Below are positions 43,714-53,091 of a stretch of DNA of 64,000 nucleotides, piece by piece; positions within the stretch are counted from its first letter, which is position 1; each line of letters begins with the position of its first letter. Source of the DNA: Candidatus Saccharimonadales bacterium (GTDB lineage: Bacteria > Patescibacteriota > Saccharimonadia > Saccharimonadales > JBBQKK01); assembly GCA_038326785.1 (NCBI GenBank), contig JBBQKK010000001.1:19813-83812 (forward strand). Reading direction: 5' to 3'. Made by a program: the position numbers and the translations under genes. The notes under the pieces were generated by a model. It did not search any database and had not been told where the DNA came from. It saw only the letters and a list, made by a program, of their open reading frames with translations.

Positions 43714-44127
43714 TTACGCGTCCTCCTTCACCAAAAATTTAGTTTTAACTGGTAGCTTGTGTGCAGCTAGACGCATTGCTTCTCGTGCAACTGGTTCTGC
43801 GACACCCTGCATTTCAAACAGGATTGTGCCGGGTCGAACCTTTGCAACGAAGAATTCTGGACTACCTTTTCCGCTTCCCATCTTAGTACCTAAAGCCTTG
43901 CGGGTTACAGGTGTATGAGGGAAGATACGGATCCAGATTTTACCACCACGCTTGATGTAGCGGGTCATCGCCTGACGAGCAGACTCGATTTGGCGGGAAG
44001 TAATACGCTCACCTTCAAGTGACTGTAGAGCGTACTGACCAAATGCTATGTAATTGCCACTTGTGGCAGGGCCCGTAATACGGCCTTTGCGCACGCGGCG
44101 GAATTTAGTTCTCTTAGGAATCAACAT
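43714..44127 (-). CDS. rplP: 50S ribosomal protein L16
   Basis: 137 aa: [16 protein letters not shown]. Confidence 0.96.
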   Translation of the reverse strand: MLIPKRTKFRRVRKGRITGPATSGNYIAFGQYALQSLEGERITSRQIESARQAMTRYIKRGGKIWIRIFPHTPVTRKALGTKMGSGKGSPEFFVAKVRPGTILFEMQGVAEPVAREAMRLAAHKLPVKTKFLVKEDA

Positions 44128-44128
44128 A

Positions 44129-44761
44129 CTAGTTTGCCTCCCCCTTGTAGATCCAAACCTTCACCCCGATAATACCGGATCCAGGATACTTAGCACGAGC
44201 TGCATGGTAGTCAATATCTGCACGAATTGTATGGAGAGGTACGGAACCTTCAACTGTCTTTTCGCGACGTGACATTTCTGCTCCACCCAGTCGTCCTGCA
44301 ACTTCGATACGAATACCTTTGGCGCCAGAACGCATAGTTGCGGCAGCAGCTGATTTAACAGCACGGCGGAAAGCGATACGTCGCTCTAACTGATGCGCGA
44401 TGTTCTCGGCTACAAGCTTGGCGTATAATTCAGGCTTTTTAATTTCTTCGATATTAACACGAGCAGGAAAACCGTAGATTTTTTCTACTGCAGCCTTAAG
44501 CTCTTGTGCGCCTGCACCACCACGGCCGATTACTACACCAGCCTTTGCAGTCTGGACAGTAACGGTTACAAGGTTTGGAGAGCGTTCAATTTCGATGCGG
44601 TTGATTGCACCACGTGAACCAATTTTGGTCTGAATGTGCTTACGTACAGCAAGATCCTGTGTAAGGTATTTTGCGTAGTCGCGCTTACTTGCGAACCATT
44701 TGCTGCGCCAGTTCTTGTTGAGCTGGAGACGCATGCTGATAGGATTTACTTTTTGTCCCAT
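44129..44761 (-). CDS. rpsC: 30S ribosomal protein S3
   Basis: 210 aa: [24 protein letters not shown]. Confidence 0.96.
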   Translation of the reverse strand: MGQKVNPISMRLQLNKNWRSKWFASKRDYAKYLTQDLAVRKHIQTKIGSRGAINRIEIERSPNLVTVTVQTAKAGVVIGRGGAGAQELKAAVEKIYGFPARVNIEEIKKPELYAKLVAENIAHQLERRIAFRRAVKSAAAATMRSGAKGIRIEVAGRLGGAEMSRREKTVEGSVPLHTIRADIDYHAARAKYPGSGIIGVKVWIYKGEAN

Positions 44762-45150
44762 TATTTTGCCTCCTTTACGGCATCAACTTTTGCGGCCTTA
44801 GGTTTCTTGGGCGCACGCATTTCACCTTCCACAATAACTGTGATGTGAGATGTACGTCGCTGAAAAGGCAATGCACGTCCGTGGGCTGCCGGGCGGAAAC
44901 GCTTTAGGCTTGGCCCAGGAGTAACCGTAATATGCTGGATAACTAGTGTGTCTGCTTTGTAGTTATGATTGTAGTCTGCGTTTGCACGAGCACTCTCGAT
45001 AACTTTGCGCACAGCCATAGCTGAGCGACGTGGGGTATGCTCTAGGATTGTAAGAGCATCGGCTACCGTGCGACCTTTGACAAGGCTGGCTACTACGCCA
45101 ACTTTGCGCGGGCTCATAGGAACGCCTTTAGCTATTGCTTTGACTGGCAT
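44761..45150 (-). CDS. rplV: 50S ribosomal protein L22
   Basis: 129 aa: AKGVPMSPRKVGVVASLVKGRTVADAL. Confidence 0.94.
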   Translation of the reverse strand: MPVKAIAKGVPMSPRKVGVVASLVKGRTVADALTILEHTPRRSAMAVRKVIESARANADYNHNYKADTLVIQHITVTPGPSLKRFRPAAHGRALPFQRRTSHITVIVEGEMRAPKKPKAAKVDAVKEAK

Positions 45151-45425
45151 TACTTCTTACCTTTCGCGAGTTTACCACCGTGTGAGCGGAACTTACGGGT
45201 TGGGCTAAACTCACCGAGCTTGTGGCCAACCATGTTTTCAGTAATAAAGACAGGTACGTGTACCTTGCCGTTGTGTACGGCTATTGTACGACCCACAAAT
45301 TCTGGTGGAATTGTGCATGCGCGTGCCCATGTCTTGATGATTGTTCGGTCTTCATTGCCTAATGCCGCCACTTTCTTAGCGAGCTTCGGATCAATAAATG
45401 GACCTTTCTTCAATGAACGACTCAT
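45150..45425 (-). CDS. rpsS: 30S ribosomal protein S19
   Basis: 91 aa: [15 protein letters not shown]...[10 protein letters not shown]. Confidence 0.96.
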   Translation of the reverse strand: MSRSLKKGPFIDPKLAKKVAALGNEDRTIIKTWARACTIPPEFVGRTIAVHNGKVHVPVFITENMVGHKLGEFSPTRKFRSHGGKLAKGKK

Positions 45426-45437
45426 TTACAAACTCCC

Positions 45438-46274
45438 TTATTTCCTCTTAGCCGCGTGACGACTGCGGACAATAAACTTATTGTTAGACTTACGTGAACG
45501 TGTCTTGAAACCAAGTGTCTTTTGGCCCCAAGGTGTACGAGGATCTTTACCAACACCGTGACGACCACCGTCACCACCACCGTGTGGGTGATCTACTGCG
45601 TTCATAACAACACCACGAACAGATGGTCGGATACCCTTTTTGCGAGAGCGTCCAGCTTTACCAACTTTGATGTTCTGATGTTGTTCGTTACCAATAACAC
45701 CAAGTGATGCAGTACATTCAACATGTATCAGGCGTACTTCGCCACTTGGCAATTTAACTTGGGCATATTCACCCTCTTTGGCCATTAGCTGAGCGCTATT
45801 GCCTGCGGAGCGAACAAGCTGAGCGCCACGTCCTGGCTGTAGTTCAACCGCATGGATGATGCTACCAACTGGAATGTTCTTGAGTGGTAATCGGTTACCA
45901 GCCTCAATAGAAACTTCTTCCCCTGCGCTGATTTTTGTACCGATCTTCATTCCCTGAGAGGCAATGATGTAGTGATAAGTACCCTTGTCGTCTTTGATAC
46001 GAGCAATTCGAGCGCTACGATTTGGATCGTATTCGATGTGCTCTACAGTTGCCGTTGTACCGGCAGCAAGATTAAAGTTCACGATACGGTAGAAAGTACG
46101 TGTTCCACCACCACGATGACGAGTAGTGATACGACCCTGGTTGTTTCGGCCTGAGCTCTTCTTGTTGATAACAATAAGTGAGCGCAAAGGCTTCTTGGTT
46201 GTGATGTCACTATTGTCCTGGCTGGTCATGCCGCGACGGCCCGGAGTAGTAGGACGATATTGCTTAATAGCCAT
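45438..46274 (-). CDS. rplB: 50S ribosomal protein L2
   Basis: 278 aa: MAIKQYRPTTPGRRGMT...VMNAVDHPHGGG. Confidence 0.96.
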   Translation of the reverse strand: MAIKQYRPTTPGRRGMTSQDNSDITTKKPLRSLIVINKKSSGRNNQGRITTRHRGGGTRTFYRIVNFNLAAGTTATVEHIEYDPNRSARIARIKDDKGTYHYIIASQGMKIGTKISAGEEVSIEAGNRLPLKNIPVGSIIHAVELQPGRGAQLVRSAGNSAQLMAKEGEYAQVKLPSGEVRLIHVECTASLGVIGNEQHQNIKVGKAGRSRKKGIRPSVRGVVMNAVDHPHGGGDGGRHGVGKDPRTPWGQKTLGFKTRSRKSNNKFIVRSRHAAKRK

Positions 46275-46627
46275 TACTTCTTACCTCGCTTTTGTTGGTC
46301 AGGCTTTGGCTCGGCAACTTCGGGCTTGTCTAGGGTTGCAAAGATAGGAAGCGTATCGCCATCCTTCAATGTCACGTAAGCTTTCTTGATGTCAACGCGC
46401 TTGCCCATTACAGGACGACCGCCCTTACGGACAGTACGCTTTACTTTACCTTTTACGTTCATGATCTTAATACCGGTAACTGTCACTTCAAACTGTGCTT
46501 CGACGGCCTGAGTAACTTGTGTTCGGTTAACATCCACAGGAACTTGGAATACATAGGTGTTTCGTAATTGGCTCAAGCCGTAGGACTTTTCGCTTATACG
46601 AGGAATAAGTACCATAGTCTTGCTCAT
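46274..46627 (-). CDS. rplW: 50S ribosomal protein L23 (C-terminal extension)
   Basis: 117 aa. Position between L4 and L2: VLIPRISEKSYGL...YVFQVPVDVNRTQV. Confidence 0.92.
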   Translation of the reverse strand: MSKTMVLIPRISEKSYGLSQLRNTYVFQVPVDVNRTQVTQAVEAQFEVTVTGIKIMNVKGKVKRTVRKGGRPVMGKRVDIKKAYVTLKDGDTLPIFATLDKPEVAEPKPDQQKRGKK

Positions 46628-47265
46628 TATTTAGTACCTCCAAGCCATTCACTTACGATGCTCAATGCCGCGTTAGTGATAACTATGTGATCAGCGTTTA
46701 GCGTGTCAAATACGTTTAGGTACTTAGCTTGCACTACTTTCACATTCTTAAGGTTATTAGTAGCTCGCACTACTTCATCAGTCTTGTTTTCCACTACGAT
46801 AAGGGTTTTCTTGACTGCACCGATTTTTGTCAAAAGAGTTGTTGCTGCGCTGGTCTTAGCATCCTTGAAATCTACTGATTCAATGATGATAACTTTGCCG
46901 CCATCAGCTGCCAGGCTTAGTGCCTGACGAATAGCCAAACGCTTAGCAGTTACAGGAAGCTTGTGTGTGTAGTTTTCGTTACCAGTTGGCCCGAAAACAA
47001 TACCACCACCGCGCCAGATTGGGTTACGAGATGAACCGAAACGAGCACGACCTGTGCCCTTTTGCTTCCATGGCTTGCGACCACCACCGCTCACGAGTCC
47101 GCGAGTCAGTGTTACTGCGCTGCTCTGGCGACCATTTGATAAGTAACCAACATATGCTTGCTTCAATAATTCATGATTCTGAGGGATTACTCCGAATACA
47201 GTCTTATCAAGCTTAGCTGACGTGGTTGCCTTAGCACCGGTCTTTGTATAAGTAGCTATAGCCAT
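46627..47265 (-). CDS. rplD: 50S ribosomal protein L4
   Basis: 212 aa: GGGRKPWKQKGTGRARFGSSRNPIWRGGG. Confidence 0.95.
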   Translation of the reverse strand: MAIATYTKTGAKATTSAKLDKTVFGVIPQNHELLKQAYVGYLSNGRQSSAVTLTRGLVSGGGRKPWKQKGTGRARFGSSRNPIWRGGGIVFGPTGNENYTHKLPVTAKRLAIRQALSLAADGGKVIIIESVDFKDAKTSAATTLLTKIGAVKKTLIVVENKTDEVVRATNNLKNVKVVQAKYLNVFDTLNADHIVITNAALSIVSEWLGGTK

Positions 47266-47873
47266 TACTTAGCCTCCCGGATGATTACAATACCTTTTTT
47301 GGGCCCAGGAACTGCGCCAGTTACACCAATTACACCTAGTTCAGTGTCAATAAGTGCAACTTTGAGGTTTTGAACAGTAACCTGCTCGTCTCCCATCTGT
47401 CCTGCCATTCGCTTACCCTTGAAAATATGCTGAGGGTACATGGATCCGATTGAACCAGGACGACGGTATGACTGACCACCGTGAGTCTTGCGACCGCGAT
47501 GGAAGTTGTGCCGCTTGATTGTTCCAGCCCAACCCTTACCTTTGCTCGTGCCGGTGACATCAATCACGTCTCCAACATTAAAAACATCGGCGGATAGTTT
47601 TTCGCCGACCTTCATGTCTTCTGTGATTTCAGGAATACGAATTTCTCGTACTACCTTTGGCTGAACGCCTGCAGCCTTGAAGTGTCCCGCCTGCGCCTTG
47701 CCAAGCTTAGCTTCTTCGAAGCCAAGCTGTACAGCTGTATAGCCGTCGGTATCAGCGGTTTTGACCTGCGTAATAACGCAAGGACTAGCGGAAAGCAAAG
47801 TGACAGCCTGAACAATTCCATCTTCAGAGATGGTACTGGTCATGCCAACCTTTCGCGTAATGAGTGCTTTCAT
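47265..47873 (-). CDS. rplC: 50S ribosomal protein L3
   Basis: 202 aa: MKALITRKVGMTSTISEDG...TSKGKGWAGTIKRHNF. Confidence 0.95.
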   Translation of the reverse strand: MKALITRKVGMTSTISEDGIVQAVTLLSASPCVITQVKTADTDGYTAVQLGFEEAKLGKAQAGHFKAAGVQPKVVREIRIPEITEDMKVGEKLSADVFNVGDVIDVTGTSKGKGWAGTIKRHNFHRGRKTHGGQSYRRPGSIGSMYPQHIFKGKRMAGQMGDEQVTVQNLKVALIDTELGVIGVTGAVPGPKKGIVIIREAK

Positions 47874-47921
47874 AGTAACCCTTTACTTAATTTAATCCCT
47901 ATTTGTTCCACGGCCGTGACA

Positions 47922-47985
47922 CAAAAATTCTTGGTGGCGCACGGTTTCTACCTCTGTTAGGAGGTGACCTGTTGCACTCACCAAG
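47922..47985 (-). promoter_or_regulatory. attenuator-like structure in the rplC 5' leader
   Basis: Minus-strand RNA reads CUUGGUG...(inner hairpin ACCUC-CUAACA-GAGGU)...CACCAAG followed by AAUUUUU. It lies about 50 nt upstream of the rplC ATG. Confidence 0.4.
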
Positions 47986-48012
47986 TACTAGGAAATCTTT
48001 ATATACCAAGAC

Positions 48013-48042
48013 AGATTAGCACGTTTTGCTAACCCCTGTCAA
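48013..48042 (-). promoter_or_regulatory. sigma-70-type promoter for rplC and the downstream ribosomal protein genes
   Basis: Minus strand reads TTGACA (48042-48037), an 18-nt spacer, then TAATCT (48018-48013). A TGgTATATA element lies just downstream as an alternative. Confidence 0.5.
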
Positions 48043-48065
48043 TACGTTGCGCATTCTACTACGCT

Positions 48066-48341
48066 TTATAACATTATATAAATACCGAAGGGTGCCCAGA
48101 ACCCAACAAGCATTGCAATCAGCAAAATTGCGAGTTCAATCTTCTTATCGGTCTGGAAGTGTTCATGTGTTGCAAATGCCATACCAAGAATAAATCCTAA
48201 AGGTATGGGGATTTGACTCGTATCGCCTTTAGTTACTTTGAGCCACATGCTACCCATTACTAAATACAATACAATTTTCAAAAAATACACACTATCGGAT
48301 TCAATGTTTTTTTCTTTTTTGTTTTTCTTACCCATAGTCAT
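48066..48341 (-). CDS. small membrane protein (2-3 transmembrane helices), unknown function
   Basis: The ORF track gives 48066..48395. I prefer ATG 48341 or 48335 (MTMGKKNKKEKNIESDSVYFLKIVLYLVMG...), a basic N-terminus followed by hydrophobic helices. Confidence 0.5.
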   Translation of the reverse strand: MTMGKKNKKEKNIESDSVYFLKIVLYLVMGSMWLKVTKGDTSQIPIPLGFILGMAFATHEHFQTDKKIELAILLIAMLVGFWAPFGIYIML

Positions 48342-48475
48342 ATTGTAGCAGGATGATCTAATTTTACAGCGGCGTTCCTTTGCAAGCACTAGCAAAATCC
48401 GGTAAACTTAATAGTGATTGAGACCCTCACATTATTACAATCAAAATAATAATGTAACTATTTGAAAACGTACAC

Positions 48476-49447
48476 GTGAGAAATAAAACACCTCTATATG
48501 GCTCAGTTAGCTACCCAAAAGCTAATCATATACCCCTGAACACTGGTTTAAGACGTCCTAAAAAGAGCCCTAGCCGTAATATGGGTAGATATTCGGGGCT
48601 GATTATTTTTACTGCCGTAGCCCTCACTTTAGGCACAGCTATTTTACCGTCTTCGGATAAACCCGGTGAATCTTTAGGTGTAACTGATACTTCTGCGGCA
48701 GAGGAGATAACTCCGAAAATTGAAGAGATCGACACGACACTTATGTCGCAGCAGATTGACGCCATAATAGCGGAACATCCAAACCTCGACATTAGCGTAG
48801 CGATTTATGATATCAAAGCGGATAAGCAGCACACGTACGGAGTGGACGCTGCTTATGTTGCGGCCAGCGTGTCAAAGCTGATAACTGCTACATATTTACT
48901 TCATACCGTGGAAGAGGATAAAACGGCACTAACTGAAGTGCTGAATGGAGTGCCACTGGATGCGCATTTACAGCGCTTAATCGTAAACAGTGATAATACC
49001 TCGTGGCGAGCGTTGAACGATAAGCTTATCCGCGCAAACCTGATGAATTATGCGTCTGATGTTGGACTTCAGCACTATTCCAGCGTAGACAACACAGTAA
49101 GGACAAAAGACGTCGCCCTTTTGCTGAAGAAAATTCACTCTGGTGAATTGCTAAACACAGAAAATACACGCTTACTTCTGAGCCATATGGAGAAAGCTAA
49201 CCGCAATCAGTACATTTCCCAGGGATTGCCAGCAGGAACTAAGTTCTATCATAAGGCAGGATGGCTAGACGACCGCATACATGATGTTGGTATAGTTGAA
49301 CATGCTGACAGACCCTACTCTATCGCTATATTCAGCAAATCACGCGACCCTTCTTATCCTCCGGCAGCTATAGATATATTTAGTAAAATTGCCGGCGCTA
49401 CAGCTAACACTTATATAGCGAAACAACCTGCACCAGAAGTTTTGTAA
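48476..49447 (+). CDS. membrane-anchored class-A beta-lactamase-like serine hydrolase
   Basis: 323 aa (GTG 48476; ATG 48581, MGRYSGLIIFTAVAL..., is an alternative start). One N-terminal transmembrane helix, then S-x-x-K (SVSK), SDN (VNSDNTS) and K-A-G (HKAGW) motifs in class-A order. Confidence 0.75.
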   Translation: MRNKTPLYGSVSYPKANHIPLNTGLRRPKKSPSRNMGRYSGLIIFTAVALTLGTAILPSSDKPGESLGVTDTSAAEEITPKIEEIDTTLMSQQIDAIIAEHPNLDISVAIYDIKADKQHTYGVDAAYVAASVSKLITATYLLHTVEEDKTALTEVLNGVPLDAHLQRLIVNSDNTSWRALNDKLIRANLMNYASDVGLQHYSSVDNTVRTKDVALLLKKIHSGELLNTENTRLLLSHMEKANRNQYISQGLPAGTKFYHKAGWLDDRIHDVGIVEHADRPYSIAIFSKSRDPSYPPAAIDIFSKIAGATANTYIAKQPAPEVL

Positions 49448-49463
49448 TTATATTGTTTAGAAC

Positions 49464-49495
49464 AAAAAAATCCGTCCTTTCGAACGGATTTTTTA
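49464..49495. terminator. bidirectional terminator between the hydrolase gene and rpsJ
   Basis: An A-run, the stem atccgt..acggat, then a T-run (aaaaaaatccgtcctttcgaacggatttttt). Confidence 0.65.
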
Positions 49496-49513
49496 ATGAA
49501 GCTTGCTAAGTGC

Positions 49514-49861
49514 TTACATCTTGATTTCAGCGTCGCAGCCAGCAGGAAGTGAAAGATTCATAAGTGAATCAATTGTCTTCGGAGTTGGATCAAACACATC
49601 GATAAGACGCTTGTGAACGCGCATTTCAAACTGTTCACGGCTTTTCTTGTAAACATGTGGGCTTTTGATGACGGTATATACAGTCTTCTTTGTAGGAAGA
49701 GGTATAGGTCCAGCAATGTTAGCACCCGTGCGTAGAGCAGTGTCAACGATTTGCTTCGCGCTCTGATCAATTACTTTGTGATCATATGCCTTCAAGCGAA
49801 TGCGAATGCGCTGCTTGGTAGTAGCCTCTGGCTTACTGGCTGTCTTCTTGGCTTCTGCCAT
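49514..49861 (-). CDS. rpsJ: 30S ribosomal protein S10 (short N-terminal extension)
   Basis: 115 aa: [31 protein letters not shown]. Confidence 0.95.
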   Translation of the reverse strand: MAEAKKTASKPEATTKQRIRIRLKAYDHKVIDQSAKQIVDTALRTGANIAGPIPLPTKKTVYTVIKSPHVYKKSREQFEMRVHKRLIDVFDPTPKTIDSLMNLSLPAGCDAEIKM

Positions 49862-50017
49862 AATAAATAACTCCTTTTAAGCTATTTATGCGATGTAACA
49901 TCTTTGCAATCTTATTGAGAAGATATGCAACGACTTTTAGTCATCACGATTAATATATGAAGTTATTGTATAACAACTCTTATTTCTTGTCCATCCCAAT
50001 GCCCGGCTTCCCGACAT

Positions 50018-50050
50018 TGCCTACGAACAAAAAAAGAGCCCCATAAGCGG
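50018..50050 (-). terminator. intrinsic terminator after tuf
   Basis: 8-bp stem agagcccc/ggggctct with 6-nt loop. On the minus strand it is followed by TTTTTTT. Confidence 0.75.
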
Positions 50051-50074
50051 GGCTCTTTTCTAGTAATCGGGTGA

Positions 50075-51259
50075 TTACTTGGTGATCTTGGTTACAACAC
50101 CAGCACCAACGGTACGGCCACCTTCACGGATAGCAAAGTTTAGACCTTGCTCCATAGCGATAGGTGCAAGCAACTTAACCTTAAAGGTTAGTGTGTCGCC
50201 TGGCATAACCATTTCTTTGTCGGCTGGAAGTTCAACTTCACCGGTTACGTCCGTAGTACGGAAGTAAAACTGTGGTTTGTATCCCTTGAAGAATGGAGTA
50301 TGACGTCCACCCTCTTCTTTAGTGAGGATGTAGACTTCAGCATCAAACTCGGTATGAGGAGTGATCGAACCTGGCTTAGCCAAAACTTGACCGCGCTCGA
50401 TGTCGTCACGCTCAATACCACGAAGAAGGATACCAGCGTTGTCGCCAGCTTCACCTCGGTCGAGGCTCTTCTTGAACATTTCGATTCCGGTAACAACAGA
50501 CTTCTTAGTGTCTCGGATACCAACGATTTCTACTTCGTCGTTAACCTTAACAATACCAGTCTCAATACGGCCGGTAGCAACTGTACCACGACCCTTAATT
50601 GAGAAAACGTCTTCGATTGCCATCATGAAAGGCTTTTCAGTATCACGTGCTGGCTGAGGGATGTAGTCATCCATAGCCTTGATAAGTTCCATAACAGCGT
50701 CCATGTTAGCTTCGTCGCCTTCAATAGCCTTTGTAGCGGAACCCTTAACGATAGGACAGTCTTCGTCGAAATCGTACTTAGCAAGCAATTCACGGATATC
50801 CATTTCAACGAGCTCAACAAGTTCTGGATCTGCAAGATCCATCTTGTTCATGAAAACGAGGATTGAAGGAACACCAACTTGCTTAGCAAGCAAAACATGC
50901 TCACGAGTCTGTGGCATTGGGCCGTCAGCTGCAGATACCACAAGTACGGCGCCGTCGATCTGAGCAGCTCCTGTAATCATGTTCTTAACATAGTCGGCGT
51001 GACCTGGCATGTCGACGTGTGCGTAGTGACGCGCTTCTGACTCGTACTCCTGGTGAGAAGTAGCGATGGTAATACCACGAGCCTTTTCTTCAGGTGCGTT
51101 GTCGATTTGGTCGTAAGCAACTGGCTTGTTTACAGCGCTTGGAAGACGCTTTGCAAGCGTCATGGTGATAGCAGCAGTAAGGCTGGTCTTTCCGTGGTCG
51201 ACGTGACCCATAGTACCAACGTTTACATGCGGCTTACTTCGGTCGAATGATTCTGCCAT
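50075..51259 (-). CDS. tuf: elongation factor Tu
   Basis: 394 aa: [36 protein letters not shown]. Confidence 0.97.
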   Translation of the reverse strand: MAESFDRSKPHVNVGTMGHVDHGKTSLTAAITMTLAKRLPSAVNKPVAYDQIDNAPEEKARGITIATSHQEYESEARHYAHVDMPGHADYVKNMITGAAQIDGAVLVVSAADGPMPQTREHVLLAKQVGVPSILVFMNKMDLADPELVELVEMDIRELLAKYDFDEDCPIVKGSATKAIEGDEANMDAVMELIKAMDDYIPQPARDTEKPFMMAIEDVFSIKGRGTVATGRIETGIVKVNDEVEIVGIRDTKKSVVTGIEMFKKSLDRGEAGDNAGILLRGIERDDIERGQVLAKPGSITPHTEFDAEVYILTKEEGGRHTPFFKGYKPQFYFRTTDVTGEVELPADKEMVMPGDTLTFKVKLLAPIAMEQGLNFAIREGGRTVGAGVVTKITK

Positions 51260-51328
51260 AAGTAATGTGACTCCTTATTACGTATTATTTTGCATAAACA
51301 TAAAATCGCTCATGCGAGTTACCGAGCT

Positions 51329-51357
51329 AGTATATGTAACTATACCCTGTTTGTAAA
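51329..51357 (-). promoter_or_regulatory. sigma-70-type promoter for tuf
   Basis: Minus strand reads TTTACA (51357-51352), a 17-nt spacer, then TATACT (51334-51329). Confidence 0.55.
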
Positions 51358-51407
51358 GTGTTAGTGAGTAAGTTTCTCTCTGTAGACACGTTTGCTGTCA
51401 TGTTGGT

Positions 51408-52973
51408 TTACTTCTGAACTTTGTCATGCAGGAAATTGCTTGAGTTCTCGCTACGCACTTTTATGAGCTTGTATTTGTACGTCGGGTATCGTGATTTTAG
51501 GGACAAGGGATTAATCATTCGCTTTACCCTGGGCATCTTAGACCATAAGCGCTGCTCTAGATCTATCTGCCATTGCTCTCTTAGCAGCGGTTTCGCGGAT
51601 CTAAGTTTGGCTGCTAAGCGACCTATGGTGATGGCCATGACGGCGGACACAGTCCACGCCTGAATGCGCTCTGGGGCATTTGTGCTATCTATGAGCGTTA
51701 TATCACCGTGAGCCTGCGCAGAGGGAGATACGGTCATCACACGGCCCCATTTGTCTACGTACACGTACTCTGGATACTGCCAATTCTTGAAAACAATATT
51801 TAACAGGCGGTTTTCCAGTTCCCGGGCGACTAATGGAAACCCTTGTCTGCGGAATCCTTTTGCAATGTCATAGGTTTCTTTTGGCCAGCTCGTAAAGCAA
51901 CCATGATAGTCCCAAAAAGGTACGAGCCCATCCGCCTGGAGTGATCTACTGCGAATGCCAGCATCGGTCAAAAAATCGCTGCTCACTAGAGTTCTGACTA
52001 CCCCACCGATATATTGCTGCCTGTGAGACGCAGGCAGATCATCAAAGAATTCAGTATCGAGAAGTGCTCCGGGGTTTGCGGTTTTTGTCTCTATCACGCG
52101 CAGCTCGCCAGCATCGTCATAGTCGAGCCCGAGTGAGAAGTAATGGCGGTTCGGCTGCCACAAAAGCCATATGGTTGCATCGCGAACAGAGTGAGCTAGC
52201 ATGTCCAAGTCGCTATACTTACGCGGGAATAACTTCTTTGCCGTCATAAGTGCATCATATGTCAGCCCCTGTACCTCAATCGAAGCAATAGGCGCATTAT
52301 GGTTCACTGGAGTTTTGTCTTTGTGTACGTAAAACTCCCCGGAATCTTTCCATACCTGATTTTCAATACCCAGCGGATTCCTGCGTTGATATTCAAGTAG
52401 CCCTGAGCGAGATTCACGTAGTTTAGCTATCAGCCAATCTATGGCATTTTCCAGCACGATTTTTACGGATAGTTTATGACCGCTTCTTAGTACTAGCCGC
52501 TCATCAAGGATTTCTTCGCCGTAAATTTCGGCGTATTTGCCGACCAAACGAATAAAATGAGGGGTGGAATCGATGGAACCGTAGTAAGCCATCTCGGTAT
52601 CAGTTCCGCCCCAGCGAGCTGATAGCTCCTCGAATATATTGCGTGACACATCATCTATGACCTTGCCATCGACAACTGTCGTGCGGTATTCATGAATTAT
52701 CTTGCCCGGCTCTTCTTCGTTTTTGTCGTTATCTTCTTCGCCCTGCAGGCTGGACAGTGTTAAGATAATGCGGCGAACAAGCTTCGGGCGTAGATCAATC
52801 AGATCCTCCGCAACCTCAATTGAGTCGCGTCCAAATATAGCGCCCTTGAATAATAGGTCTGAACTGGCATATACTCCTCGGCCAGATTTAGAGGTTACTT
52901 TTCTGAGAGCCGCTGCCGGCAACAATGGAGTCTTGGGTTTGATAGGCATAAACTTGGGTATTACTTTGGGCAT
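51408..52973 (-). CDS. amylo-alpha-1,6-glucosidase / glycogen-debranching-enzyme-like (GDE_C type, alpha/alpha-6 barrel) protein
   Basis: 521 aa. N-terminal block LLFKGAIFGRDSIEVAEDL...LSSLQGEE...EEPGKIIHEYR is the pattern I associate with bacterial and archaeal GDE-type hydrolases. The call is by recollection only. Confidence 0.6.
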   Translation of the reverse strand: MPKVIPKFMPIKPKTPLLPAAALRKVTSKSGRGVYASSDLLFKGAIFGRDSIEVAEDLIDLRPKLVRRIILTLSSLQGEEDNDKNEEEPGKIIHEYRTTVVDGKVIDDVSRNIFEELSARWGGTDTEMAYYGSIDSTPHFIRLVGKYAEIYGEEILDERLVLRSGHKLSVKIVLENAIDWLIAKLRESRSGLLEYQRRNPLGIENQVWKDSGEFYVHKDKTPVNHNAPIASIEVQGLTYDALMTAKKLFPRKYSDLDMLAHSVRDATIWLLWQPNRHYFSLGLDYDDAGELRVIETKTANPGALLDTEFFDDLPASHRQQYIGGVVRTLVSSDFLTDAGIRSRSLQADGLVPFWDYHGCFTSWPKETYDIAKGFRRQGFPLVARELENRLLNIVFKNWQYPEYVYVDKWGRVMTVSPSAQAHGDITLIDSTNAPERIQAWTVSAVMAITIGRLAAKLRSAKPLLREQWQIDLEQRLWSKMPRVKRMINPLSLKSRYPTYKYKLIKVRSENSSNFLHDKVQK

Positions 52974-52990
52974 ATAACTAATTCTATGAA

Positions 52991-52999
52991 ATTGTAACA
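52991..52999 (-). promoter_or_regulatory. extended -10 element (TGtTACAAT) upstream of the GDE-like gene
   Basis: Minus strand reads TGT TACAAT at 52999-52991, 17 nt upstream of the ATG and downstream of the fusA terminator. Confidence 0.35.
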
Positions 53000-53034
53000 G
53001 CAGAAACTGCGTAATATCTTACTTATGGTAATAC

Positions 53035-53069
53035 AAAAACCGGGTTTCCTGTGGACAACCCGGTTTTTT
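53035..53069 (-). terminator. intrinsic terminator after fusA (bidirectional shape)
   Basis: 10-bp stem aaaccgggtt/aacccggttt with 10-nt loop. T-runs follow it on both strands. Confidence 0.75.
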
Positions 53070-53091
53070 AGCAGTTATTTTACTGAAAAAG

